A DNA stretch of 62,851 nucleotides, counting the filler, from Octopus bimaculoides (taxonomy: Eukaryota), in assembly GCF_001194135.2 (NCBI RefSeq). It is 5 parts of 5 records of this genome, joined end to end, with 100 filler letters (N's around TTAATTAATTAA, not from the genome) between each part and the next. Parts side by side here need not be neighbours in the genome. Positions count along the whole stretch, not along the records: positions 18,700 to 43,559 come from NC_068981.1; 4 more parts are not named here. One strand, written 5' to 3'. Position numbers and translations under genes: made by a program. Of this stretch, positions 26,100-37,846 are shown piece after piece. The notes under the pieces were generated by a model. The model saw only the letters and a program-made list of their open reading frames with translations. It did no database searches and had not been told where the DNA came from. Position 1 is the stretch's first letter; every line of letters begins with the position of its first letter.

Positions 26100-27810
26100 T
26101 GATAATTATCGCGTTATCTGTCTGTTAGCTGTAGCTGGAATGGTCCTTTGTAGGGTAATACTGGACAGATTGCTTCTGCACATTGCTGATGAGGTTCTAC
26201 CAGAATCGCAGTCTGAGTTTTGGGATAGTAGGAGTACTATGGATATGATGTTTTCAGCTTGACAGTTGCAAGAAAAGTGCATCGAACAGGATATTGACTT
26301 AAATCAGGTTTTCATTGATCTAACGAAAGCGTTTGATTCCATCAATAGAGTTGCAATTTGGAAGATCCTGAAAAAGCTAGGATGCCCTGAAAATTTCGTG
26401 GGAACGCTCAGACAGTTTCATAACAAGATGAAAGTCAGAGTTAATGTCGGAGAAACCTTATCAGATCCAATTTCTGTAGAAAATGATGTAAGACGGGGTG
26501 ATATTCCTGCTCCTACATTGTTTACTATGTATTTTGCAATAGTCTTTCAATTAGCTTTTGAAGATTGCATTGAACGGGAAAACTGTTCAAGCTGAAAAGG
26601 CTATGCCAAAACGAAAGTTTTGCATTCTTACCTCATTGAGTTCCTGTATGCAGATGATTGTGACCTGTTGGCACATTTCCGGAAAGATATGCAGCACGTA
26701 CTGAATGCGATTTCTGCAGCATGTGCATCAATTGGGTCTAACGATCAACCTGAAAAAAAAAAACCGTTATAATGTTTCAGCCTGTTTCCTCTAAGATGTA
26801 TGTGGAACCTTTTATAACTGTGAATAGTCAAAGGTTGGAGACTGTGTCTAGATTTATTTATTTAGGTACTACCTTGAATACTGCTGGCCTTGATGATGAA
26901 ATTTCATACAGAATCAGCAGGGCTAGTAGTGCTTTTGGTAGGCTTGATGGGCGTCTGTGGAAACAACATATCTTCGCAAATTAAAGTTAAGGTATATAAC
27001 ACATGCGTCCTCCCATCTTTGCTATATGGAAGTGAGGCATGGTTTATTAACCCTAGGTATGTAAGGCAGCTGGAACAATACTATCAATATTGTCTGAGAA
27101 AAATTTTGGGGATAAACTGGAAATTGACCATTAGTAATGTACAGTTACTCGAGAGGGGTGGTAGTCGAAGTATAGAGTCAATGAATCCGCAAAGACGTTT
27201 GAGGTAGTGGGGACATCTAGTAAGGATGAGTGATGAGAAAATGTCCAAGCAACTATTGCATGATGAGCTAGAAGAGGCAGGAGACCAGCGCATTTGCCTA
27301 AACTAAGGTTTAAGGGTTGCCTTAAAAATGCTCTAACCCAGACAGGAATTGCAGTTGGTGATTGGAAGAGAGAGGCACAAGACCAAGATGGATGGAGGAA
27401 GACAGTGCATAATGGTTGTTTGGGGTTTGAGAGGGAGGGGGTGAAGTATGAGAGAATTAGGAGGGGACTTATAAGGGAAGAACCTGTGGAGGGCGAAGAA
27501 GTGTTGCTTTTTGTGTGGGTGTGGTTTGTGGGAGGAGGCGTTTATCCGTGCAGACCTGATCAGCCATCAAAAATCTCATTGGTATCGACCAATGAAAAAC
27601 AGTGATGTGGCTATTTCAATTCGCAACAGAACATGTGTAAAATGTGGAAGGATGTGCCTCTCAGTTGGAGGTCTGAAAAGACATGTTAAGGGAGTGCATA
27701 CGGTGGCGCCTGTTTCTCCTGCCAACCACCACGGGTGTGCAGTATGTAATAAAACGTGTAAAACTTTGACTGGGCTTTAAAGTTATTTAAGGCATTTAAG
27801 CAAGTCAATA
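26100..27810 (+). mobile_element. 5'-truncated, decayed RTE-clade LINE (RT plus C-terminal C2H2-like fingers)
   Basis: NYRVICLLAVAG..ILDRL, LPESQSEF..RSTMDMMF, FIDLTKAFDSINR, FLYADDCDL (26641-26667), RFIYLGT, VLPSLLYGSEAW; ends with CVKCGRMCLSVGGLKRH and CAVCNKTCKTLTGL. Confidence 0.95.
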
Positions 27811-27873
27811 GTGAATCATTTCAGTAAGTCTTTTTGTCAGTGGCTTTTCTCGTGCAACGAGGGTGCAACTATG

Positions 27874-27875
27874 AT

Positions 27876-27907
<32 letters not shown>

Positions 27908-27911
27908 ACAC

Positions 27912-27990
<79 letters not shown>

Positions 27991-27997
27991 CATACAC

Positions 27998-28036
<39 letters not shown>

Positions 28037-28040
28037 TATT
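27874..28040. repeat. (CA)n-(TA)n microsatellite
   Basis: Directly visible. Confidence 0.95.
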
Positions 28041-28343
28041 TGGTTAATGAGAGAGGAAAGATGGAAGCTACAAGGATTTTTATTGATCACTACAATTCTT
28101 TCGACCCATCTAGCATCGATCCCTCACGGCTGGGACACTTAACAACTGGTTAAGGAGTAGATGTGTCTTTTCGGTTGATAATTAACTCGTTAAAATATCA
28201 GTTCCGCAATGTATCTTCTCAGTTCGTGTGAAGAAAAACTGTAAATTAAAGAATAAAACTTCCTTTATATGGAAGATCACTAATAAAATAACAAATGCAA
28301 AAGCGAAAGAAATACGCAGTACAGCGAAATATATATATATATA

Positions 28344-28855
28344 TACGAGTGAGTACCCAAAAGAAACCGGAATCTTGCAATATTATTTTATTCTCTTAGT
28401 TTTACATCTTTACACTTTTATCGCCCTCAAAATATTCTTCAATTGAAGCAATGCATCAGTCCAGGTGCGTTTTCTATTATTGGAAGCAATCCTGGAACTC
28501 TTGCAAAGTGATGCCTGTTAGCCCCTCCGTCGTTTCTTTTTTTCATTTCTTCCACATCTGCAAATTCCGTAGCATCAGCTTTCGTCACAAATATTGACCT
28601 TCGTAAAATGTTCCGGACCATCTTCCAACTGTTCTTTCTGTCGAGATCTTTTGATGTTCCGTGATGCGTTTGATCTTCCGTGAGGAAGTGAGGCACAAAT
28701 TTCGCTACAACACTTTTCATTCGCAATTCCTCTCTCAAAATTCGTTGGCAGGAGCTCCAGGCCATACCAGTCATATTAAAAAGTCCGTCAGTTGTTTGGT
28801 GACAGTCCTCCAAGATCAGTTTATGAATTTTCATGATGTTTGCAAATAGTTAAGG
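28344..28855 (-). mobile_element. Internally deleted mariner remnant
   Basis: CQRILREELRMKSVVAKFVPHFLTEDQ (WVPHEL-type linker) followed soon after by C-terminal FADVEEMKK; TIR-like TACGAGTGAGTACCCAAAAGAAACCGG after TA. Confidence 0.8.
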
Positions 28856-29068
28856 AGCAATATGCAGAATTACACCAAATAATATGAACTAAAGCCCTCG
28901 TCATTTTTACTTATTATTTGTTCTGTTTGAAATAAAGCAAGATGAGAGCTGTAAGATTGTAAGTCAGTAATAAGGTTGTAAGACAGCAATATATTTTACT
29001 CGTTTCTTAATATGATTTGTATGTAAATGATGTCGACAGTCTTTAATTTGCTCATTATATTTTCGAGT

Positions 29069-29444
29069 GTGGAGGCGCAATGGCCCAGTGGTTAGGGCAG
29101 CGGAATCGCGGTCGTAGGATCGCGGTTTCGATACCCAGACCGGGCGTTGTGAGTGTTTATTGAGCGAAGACACCTAAAGCTCCACGCGGCACGGGCAGGG
29201 GGTGGTGGCGAACCCTACTGTACTCTTTCACCACAACTTTCTCTCACTTTTACTTCCTGTTTCTGTTGTGCCTGTAATTCAAAAGGTCAGCCTTGTCACT
29301 CTCTGTGTCACGCTGAATCTCGTTAAGGGTACACGTGTCTGTGGAGTGCTCAGCCACTTGCACGTTAGTTTCTCGAGCAGGCTGTTCCGTTGATCGGATC
29401 AACTGGAACCCTCGTCGTCGTAAGCGACGGAGTGCCAACAAAAA
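29069..29444 (+). mobile_element. tRNA-derived SINE family A, full length, with 12-bp TSD
   Basis: A box TGGCCCAGTGG, B box GGTTTCGATACC, (CAA)n-type tail; TSD ATATTTTCGAGT at 29057-29068 and 29445-29456. Confidence 0.95.
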
Positions 29445-29850
29445 ATATTTTCGAGTTGCAATTAAATTACATTTCTTTATTTCAATAGTTTGTAAAATTT
29501 TACCTTCTCTTTACTAGTTATGTGATTTCCGCACGTTGTTATTCATAAAATAATGAAAAAATATTTGATTTAAAATTAACTTGCAGAATTTTAAACTATA
29601 CGGAAGAGTTTATATCCGGCAACTGCTGATCCAACCTTTGTGTAAGAGTTCTTAATTATTTATAGAATTTCACAGCTACTATGACCCACTTCAGTGTTAT
29701 TGTAGTTATCAGATCAACTTTAGAATTAGAATAAATAAAACTATATAGTTGCTTGTTTATAGGTTAATATACATTCTACTAGAATGATGAAATTTATACA
29801 TCGCTACTTGATTAATTTTACCAGTAAGACGTAATATACTTCGATGTAAC

Positions 29851-30309
29851 TGTATAAAATTAAATAAACCCCAAATAGTTGTAGTATACAATTGTTCTCT
29901 GCTTGGGTTTATAATTATTTAATGTTATATTTAGAAATTTTTTTTCCTAATTCCTGGTGTGCATGCACAAAAGCTAGAATCTAAGTAGTAACTTAAACGA
30001 TTCTTAGCACGTTCATGTTAATTCGAACGTGAATATTTTATCGCTGTTAATTTTTGTTACCGGAGAATATGTTTGTATTTGTATAAAATTAAATAAAACC
30101 CAAATAGTTGTAACATACAATTGTACTCTACTTAGGTTTATAATTATTTAATATTATATTTAGAAAACTTTTTTCCTAATTTCTGGTGTGCATGCACAAA
30201 GGCTAGAATCTAAGTAGTAACTTAAACGATTCTTAGCACGTTCATGTTAATTCGAACGTGAATATTTTATCGCTGTTAATTTTTGTTATCGGAGAATATG
30301 TTTGTATTT
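29851..30309. repeat. Tandem duplication of a ~229-bp unit
   Basis: Units start TGTATAAAATTAAATAAA at 29851 and 30080 and are near identical. Confidence 0.92.
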
Positions 30310-30443
30310 GGAATTTCACTGGTCTGTGTGTATCCCATGAACTCGTACCTGTTTGACAGATTTCTGCACGTGTCAGCAAATAAATTATTTGCTGATTCCT
30401 TATAAACAAGAATTCGCGCAGTTGACATTTTTATTGTCTAAAG

Positions 30444-30540
30444 CAGTGATTCCCAACCGATTTTTGCGCAGGCCCCAACCGAATCATTTCTAAAATTCTG
30501 ATGCCCCTCCTTGTGATATTTAATTTTTTTAATTCAAAAT
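30444..30540. mobile_element. One end of a hAT-type element; the rest falls in the gap
   Basis: CAGTGATTCCCAACC terminus preceded by GTCTAAAG, which resembles hAT target sites. Confidence 0.55.
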
Positions 30541-31852
30541 TTGGTTAATGTTTACAATATTATCCGGAAACNNNNNNNNNNNNNNNNNNNNNNNNNNNNN
30601 NNNNNNNNNNNNNNNNNNNNNNNNNNNNNNNNNNNNNNNNNNNNNNNNNNNNNNNNNNNNNNNNNNNNNNNNNNNNNNNNNNNNNNNNNNNNNNNNNNNN
30701 NNNNNNNNNNNNNNNNNNNNNNNNNNNNNNNNNNNNNNNNNNNNNNNNNNNNNNNNNNNNNNNNNNNNNNNNNNNNNNNNNNNNNNNNNNNNNNNNNNNN
30801 NNNNNNNNNNNNNNNNNNNNNNNNNNNNNNNNNNNNNNNNNNNNNNNNNNNNNNNNNNNNNNNNNNNNNNNNNNNNNNNNNNNNNNNNNNNNNNNNNNNN
30901 NNNNNNNNNNNNNNNNNNNNNNNNNNNNNNNNNNNNNNNNNNNNNNNNNNNNNNNNNNNNNNNNNNNNNNNNNNNNNNNNNNNNNNNNNNNNNNNNNNNN
31001 NNNNNNNNNNNNNNNNNNNNNNNNNNNNNNNNNNNNNNNNNNNNNNNNNNNNNNNNNNNNNNNNNNNNNNNNNNNNNNNNNNNNNNNNNNNNNNNNNNNN
31101 NNNNNNNNNNNNNNNNNNNNNNNNNNNNNNNNNNNNNNNNNNNNNNNNNNNNNNNNNNNNNNNNNNNNNNNNNNNNNNNNNNNNNNNNNNNNNNNNNNNN
31201 NNNNNNNNNNNNNNNNNNNNNNNNNNNNNNNNNNNNNNNNNNNNNNNNNNNNNNNNNNNNNNNNNNNNNNNNNNNNNNNNNNNNNNNNNNNNNNNNNNNN
31301 NNNNNNNNNNNNNNNNNNCATACACACAGACACACACATGTAATTAAAAAAGTTCAAACGGGGAATTATTCCATTCAATATCATGTTTATTATAGAGATT
31401 ATGTAACAAATTATGCTTTACACTTCTATATTTAACTGTGCGTGTATATTCCTTATTTTTGCTTCAGGTGTCTTCTGCCTTTCTATTAGAAACGTTTACC
31501 TGTGAATTTACTTAAAGTGATAAAAAAAAAAATCATATGCAACAGATAAGTCTAAATGACATATTTCTGTATACCACCCTTTAACTGTTATTTTTAGCAT
31601 AACGAGTTTTCTAGTGAGGGCTTCATTTGTCTTCATTGCCTGTTTGTTGCTTCATTAGAAATCAACGGATGCAGAAACACATAAAACGGAGAAAATGAAA
31701 CAAATGTCACTTATACCGAATGATATAAGTGATGTAAACCACGTAGTTTTCATATTATGTGGATATAAAGTTTTTCTTTGAACAATGCTAATCTTATAAT
31801 GTTTCAATAATAGGTTACTTTATTTCCCTTGTGTTGACTGGTCTACTCATAC

Positions 31853-31950
31853 CTTGAAGACAGGTGTGCGCATTTCAACCTCAAAGAAAGCAGAAGTGGA
31901 ATCACTGTTCGAATTCAGCTGTTTCATCATTTGCTTGTGCCACTGATATT
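31853..31950 (-). CDS. Candidate internal coding exon (phase 1/0), unknown product
   Basis: Acceptor ATTTATGTAG, donor AAG|GTATGAG, open frame YQWHKQMMKQLNSNSDSTSAFFEVEMRTPVFK. Confidence 0.4.
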
Positions 31951-32118
31951 CTACATAAATACATTGAACTTAGAGTTTAGCAGCCAAACTGACTCTACCC
32001 ATAATATTTTAGTGCAAAAAATCTCTCCATCCGACAAAGGCATGGTTCTCTGTGGCCTGAAATTCCGGCAACCCAAAATGACATTGAATTATTCCACTCC
32101 AGCATATACTTTTGACCA

Positions 32119-32458
32119 GTGGAGGCGCAATGGCCCAGTGGTTAGGGCAGCGGACTCGCGGTCATTGGATCGCGGTTTCGATTCCCACACCGAGCGTTGT
32201 GAGTGTTTATTGAACGAAAACACCTAAAAGCTCCACAAGACTCCGGCAGGGGATGGTGGCGAACCCTGCTGTACTCTTTCACCACAACTTTCTCTCACTC
32301 TTACTTCCTGTTTCTGTTGTGCCTGTAATTCAAAGGGCCAGCCTTGTCACACTCTGTGTCATGCTGAATATCCCCGAGAACTACGTTAAGGGTACACGTG
32401 TCTGTGGAGTGCTCAGCCACTTGCTCGTTAATTTCACGAGCAGGCTGTTCCGTTGATC
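32119..32458 (+). mobile_element. SINE family A, 3' end in gap
   Basis: Closely matches 29069-29444. Confidence 0.93.
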
Positions 32459-33079
32459 NNNNNNNNNNNNNNNNNNNNNNNNNNNNNNNNNNNNNNNNNN
32501 NNNNNNNNNNNNNNNNNNNNNNNNNNNNNNNNNNNNNNNNNNNNNNNNNNNNNNNNNNNNNNNNNNNNNNNNNNNNNNNNNNNNNNNNNNNNNNNNNNNN
32601 NNNNNNNNNNNNNNNNNNNNNNNNNNNNNNNNNNNNNNNNNNNNNNNNNNNNNNNNNNNNNNNNNNNNNNNNNNNNNNNNNNNNNNNNNNNNNNNNNNNN
32701 NNNNNNNNNNNNNNNNNNNNNNNNNNNNNNNNNNNNNNNNNNNNNNNNNNNNNNNNNNNNNNNNNNNNNNNNNNNNNNNNNNNNNNNNNNNNNNNNNNNN
32801 NNNNNNNNNNNNNNNNNNNNNNNNNNNNNNNNNNNNNNNNNNNNNNNNNNNNNNNNNNNNNNNNNNNNNNNNNNNNNNNNNNNNNNNNNNNNNNNNNNNN
32901 NNNNNNNNNNNNNNNNNNNNNNNNNNNNNNNNNNNNNNNNNNNNNNNNNNNNNNNNNNNNNNNNNNNNNNNNNNNNNNNNNNNNNNNNNNNNNNNNNNNN
33001 NNNNNNNNNNNNNNNNNNNNNNNNNNNNNNNNNNNNNNNNNNNNNNNNNNNNNNNNNNNNNNNNNNNNNNNNNNNNNNA

Positions 33080-33327
33080 GAATATTTTTCACATCCTATG
33101 TAGGATGAGGAAAATATTCCAGCAGCATTGCCCAAACGATGTTGGTATCAACTTTGAAATCCACTTAAGATTTGGTCCCTGTGCGAAAATCATGCTCGAG
33201 TCACATCAAAACACTAAGACACTATTTCACCTCAACTGGCCCCGCTCTCTTTGATATCATGTCAAGACATAGAAGAACATTTCATAACATTGAAACGGTT
33301 CCTGGATCAATATTGTTTCCTTTATTA
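33080..33327 (+). mobile_element. Old CR1-like LINE 3' remnant
   Basis: HYFTSTGPALFDIM..FL-type remnant resembling the C-terminus of the adjacent minus-strand copy. Confidence 0.4.
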
Positions 33328-33496
33328 TTTCATCTGTCCTTACGTTCTGAGTTCAAATTCTGCCGAGGTCGACTTTGCCTTTCACCCTTTCGGGGTCGAT
33401 AAATTTAGTACCAGTTGCGTACTGGGTCGATCTAATCGACTGGCAAAATTCCGGGCCTTCCCCAAAATTTCGGGCCTTGTGCCATGAGTAGAAAAG
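33328..33496 (+). mobile_element. 5'-truncated SINE family B with 19-bp TSD
   Basis: TSD AATATTGTTTCCTTTATTA at 33309-33327 and 33497-33515. Confidence 0.92.
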
Positions 33497-33515
33497 AATA
33501 TTGTTTCCTTTATTA

Positions 33516-34145
33516 GTTTCGGCTCCAGAGCTGCGACTATGCTGGGTCACTGCCATTAGCTTTGCTAAACTTTCACAACTTGAAAACTTCTTTGATATGT
33601 GGAATTTGGTGAATAAGAGAGTTTGATGGTGGTGAATTTGCTACGTTTCTTACTACGTGGTAGGTTCGTCCAGAATTCTTGACAGGAGATCCAGTTGAGT
33701 TTTGAAGACACCTATATCCACTCCCATGTAGGTCTCTCGGGCATTTTGGAAGGATACTGAGGAGCTGTGGGCCCTTGAAAGACAAGTTGCTGCAGTATCT
33801 GGTCCTGTATACTGACAGTAATGTTGAGATTTTGGCACGATACAGTGATTCCCCGTTCTGCTGCTTGTGTGACTTTCAATGCCAAAGTATGGTACAATCA
33901 TTCTCACATTTTCCAAATGTATATTATTGCATATCTTTTTCACCTACGTTCTTGTGAGTAGAGCATTAACTTTTTTAATCTCTCCTTGTTGCTAACACAT
34001 CGCATTTTGGATATCTTCTTTGTGTAGTTTCGCTGGATCACTTCTAGTTCCGCCGTTAATACTTCACTGTGTAGTGGCCATAGTTGAGAGAGTAGTCTAA
34101 ATGACCGAGGACAAATATCCCCAACAAATTTCAGATAAACCACCT
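33516..34145 (-). mobile_element. 3' end of a CR1/L2-like LINE
   Basis: LSQLWP..ELEVIQRNYTKKISKM..ERLKKLMLYSQERR..YAIIYIWK..VPYFGIES..RTGNHC; tail GGCAGTGACCCAGCATAGTCGCAG. Confidence 0.85.
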
Positions 34146-34384
34146 ACAACCATACATATTTCTGCAGACAATAACTCTTTACTCGAATGGGCTATGGTGC
34201 CAAAAGAATGACTAATATGAAACATCATTACACATCTTTTCCAGATGGTGCTATTAAGTTAGTCATGGCGACGGCCGATCCTGGCTGGAACTTATCTAAG
34301 TATCCGTGTGTACGTGTGTGTGTGTGTGCATATATATATATACATATATATAAACATATTTGTATACACACACACACACACACA

Positions 34385-34425
<41 letters not shown>

Positions 34426-34652
34426 GTATGTATATATATAAATGGAGTTTTCTGATAATTATCCCTTTCAATAAAAAGATGTTTATGAATTGTTTAAAAT
34501 AAGCACAGACCACTTGATTTCATGGTTTCAAGTTACGTTGCAGTGTGGAGCCCAGAAAAAAGTGTGAAAAGGCACTATCTACAACTACTAGAACACTTAA
34601 AATGAAGAAAGAAATGAATTATATGGAAATATTATATCATATTCTCTATCAC

Positions 34653-34715
<63 letters not shown>

Positions 34716-34731
34716 TAATAATAATAATAAT

Positions 34732-35280
34732 ATGTGAACACTATGGAATAACAACAGAAAAACGATGGTATAAACACACGCCAGAAAAGGTCACAGAAAA
34801 CGAGAAAGCAACCATACTCTGGGATATGCCAATACACACAGATAGAGAAATAAGGCAAATAGACAATATATAGTTGTCAAAGATCACGAAGAAAAAAAAA
34901 TGCTTTCTAATTGATGTATCAATACCAGCAGGTGACAACGTTTCCCTAAAAGAAATGGAAAAACTTTCAAAATACAAAGACCTGGAAATAGAGGTAACTC
35001 GAGTGTGGAATCTAAACACAGAAATAATTCCTATCATAGTAGGTGCCTTAGGTATAATAAAAAAAATATTCAGACAAATACATAACAAAAACACCAGGAC
35101 TTACAAATATATATAACATACAGAAAATTGCACTACTGGGCACTGCACATATCCTACGCAAAACACTTTCAATACAGTAACCATAAGAGCATCACAGCAA
35201 ACCACAGCACATACCCAAGGCACACAGAGCTGCGCTCGGTAGTGAAGTGAAAGCACGTTATAAAAATACAACTATTGAAC
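34732..35280 (+). mobile_element. 5'-truncated R4/Dong-like element (RLE domain plus 3' UTR) within (AAT)n
   Basis: WYKHTPEKVTENEKATILWDMPIHTDREI..CFLIDVSIP..EMEKLSKYKDL..IIPIIVGALG..ALLGTAHILRKTLSIQ*; (AAT)n on both sides. Confidence 0.93.
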
Positions 35281-35294
35281 AATAATAATAATAA

Positions 35295-36310
35295 AAAGGA
35301 AGATTGACGGGAAAATCCGTAAGCTGCTGACTTGCAATAAGATACACCACCCAAAGGCATACACAGATCGTCTTTACCAACCCAGCGTTTGAAATCGCCT
35401 ACAAAACTACACGATTGGACTGGCAAAATATCTTGAAACATCTTACTGTATGCTAAAGCTCGTTGAAAGCCATGAAAAACGTAAGAAGTTTCATCCTTTA
35501 ATGAAAGAGAGCAAAAATTTTCAAGTGAGCTTATGCATAATACCTAGATTGAACAGAATGATGGAAGTGCGGCAACTGTAGTTGTAATGAAGGTGAAATC
35601 AATAACAAAGCAAAAATGCGTTTGAACAACTGGCTGATAGTTGGGAACAGAAACCACAGCATGGCAAATACATGGTCCGTAAGAAACAAACTGATCTAGA
35701 TCAGAAGCACACTCATCAGTGGCTATAGAGCTCAGGGCTAAAGGCAGAGCGTGAAGGCTTTATCTTGGCTGCCCCAAATCAGAGTTTATTGACCCGTATC
35801 TATCAAGCCAATGTGATGAAAAATGGTGTTGACCCAAAATGCCGATACTGCAACGATGGGATTGTTAATAGTTGATCACCTAATCTTTGGGTGTAAGGTT
35901 TTAGTACCTGTAGAGTACAAATCAAGACATGACAGAGTGGGCCATTATCTACATTGGATAATGTGTCAGCATTATAAAATCAAAACTGCTGACAAATGGT
36001 ACAAGCACCACCCTGAGGTTGTAACTGAGGGAAAATATGAAACGATTTTTTGGAGACTTTCTAGTATGTACAGACTAGACATTCAAAGCAGAAAAAAACC
36101 AGATATTGTTGTGAAAGACCAAAGCAATAAAGTCTGTTTATTGATTGACACAGAGCATAGCCGGTGACCATAATATCTCGGCAAAAGAATTTGATAAGCT
36201 CAGAAGTTATAAAAATTTGCTAATCGAAATCGAAAAGATGTGGCACCTGAAAATGGTTACAATACCAGTGATTGTAAGAGCACTTGGAATGATCAAATAA
36301 GGAACTGCAA
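35295..36310 (+). mobile_element. Second, divergent R4/Dong-like fragment (post-RT, CCHC, RLE)
   Basis: IDGKIRKLLTCNKIHHPKAYTDRLY, EGFILAAPNQSLLTR, CRYC..HLIFGC..YKSRHDRVGHYLHW, KPDIVVKD..CLLID, IPVIVRALG; preceded by short (AAT)n. Confidence 0.9.
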
Positions 36311-36480
36311 ATTATTAAAGAACTAACAAATGGCACTTGACATTGGCCGGGAATGTAATTGTTCCTTATATATTGGAAGAAAAAAGCAAACTATGCTGTA
36401 TAGAAATTTGTTATTCTAAATTGAATTTATTCTTCAATTGGGAAATCAATTCTGAATTCATGATAATGATGATGATGATG

Positions 36481-36550
<70 letters not shown>

Positions 36551-37185
36551 GATGGACACCGAGGATATTTAACATGTGAGAACGATAAATCACTGCTCCG
36601 CAATTTATCCCAAGACATCGGAAATAAAGACATCGCATGGAGCCAAAAAAATAGCTGATAAAGGGTTGGACTATATCCGAGTAAGTAATACTCNNNNNNN
36701 NNNGTAAGCTTATTACGTAAAAAGTACGAAGATCTGAACGTGCAAAACAATCTAACAGAAATGAACGATCCGGTACCCTACGAAAACGATGACCGTCAGA
36801 ATAAAGGGCCGGACGTTGTTCCTCATGTCCCGCAAACAAAACCAAAACGGCATAAATGGACACGTGAGGAATACCTTTCGATCCTACACGCCTATTCCAC
36901 AGTAGTGCTCTACCCAAAAAACGAAAACGCAACAACACATACGTATAAAATATGGGCACTACTGGGCACAGCACACATCCTACGCAAAATACTTTCAATA
37001 CAGTAACCATAAGAGCACCACAGCAAACTACAGCACATACCCAAGGTGCACAGAGCTGCGCTCGGTAGTGAAGTGAAAGCANNNNNNNNNNGAGCACCAC
37101 AGCAAACTACAGCACATACCCAAGGTGCACAGAGCTGCGCTCGGTAGTGAAGTGAAAGCACGTTATAAAAATAAAACTACTGAAC
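36551..37185 (+). mobile_element. Short internally deleted R4/Dong-like derivative in (AAT)n
   Basis: Putative 5' UTR plus ORF 36740-37006: KRHKWTREEYLSILHAY..TYKIW (Myb-like N-terminus) fused in frame to ALLGTAHILRKILSIQ*, then the same 3' UTR as 34732-35280; (AAT)n on both sides. Confidence 0.8.
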
Positions 37186-37235
<50 letters not shown>

Positions 37236-37269
37236 GAAGAAGAAGAAGAAGAAGAAGAAGAAATAAGAA

Positions 37270-37845
37270 ATCTTATATGTACAGCGTTGTTCTGGAAGAA
37301 GTTTAGGCTCATGTTCTTTCACAAATCCAACCAATCCTGTGATGTCCCAATTTGTCTCTCTTGCTATGTCACTTGAAATTAAATCACTAATTTGACAGTA
37401 TGTTTTGGCGGTCCAAAGCCAGACTCTTGCAAATTTTTGCCTCCTTTGGCCAAAACGTGATCCTCAATTTCAATCAGTGCTTGGTTAAAAATTGTTTCAG
37501 AGAACTGAATATTGATATCTGGGTTTGTCTGTTGAACTGCATACTCTATGTCCTCAACCATGTCCGCATGATGTTTCATCCAATGCCAAGTTCACACATG
37601 CTCAGTATAATTGCAAAAAGGTTACGGAGTTTCCTTGGAGAATCTGATACTGATGCTTCAATCAATGCAAGTTCCCAATGTTCATAATTTTCTTTAAGAA
37701 AAAGCCTTGTTGATAGCATGCTTCCCTATAAGTTTCACACACATGACCATCTACCCTCCTAGAATCTTGGAATGATTTAGTACCACGTACTTCATGCAAA
37801 TGGAGGCGTAAGTAGTAGCATTCTGCTTGGCTTGTGGGGACACTC
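37270..37845 (-). mobile_element. Helitron Rep-helicase fragment
   Basis: ECYYLRLHLHEVRGTKSFQD..VDGHVCETYREAC, LRNLFAIIL, DMVEDI..IFNQALIEIED, EHEPKLLPEQR: the linker between Rep and the PIF1-like helicase. Confidence 0.88.
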
Positions 37846-37846
37846 A

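Larger units (their letters stand above)
28900..30400 (+). repeat. Diverged duplicated block, copy 2 (homologous to 22240-23330)
   Basis: Same shared motifs as copy 1; carries a SINE insertion and an internal tandem duplication. Confidence 0.8.

Noticed and set aside
29069-29150. tRNA-like heads (also at 32119, 37847, 47524, 57357)
   Set aside because: They have Pol III boxes but continue into conserved SINE bodies with tails and TSDs; not tRNA genes.
37011-37185. Direct repeat of the Dong-like 3' UTR across a 10-N gap
   Set aside because: Near-identical overlap at a contig join; probably an assembly artefact rather than a tandem UTR.
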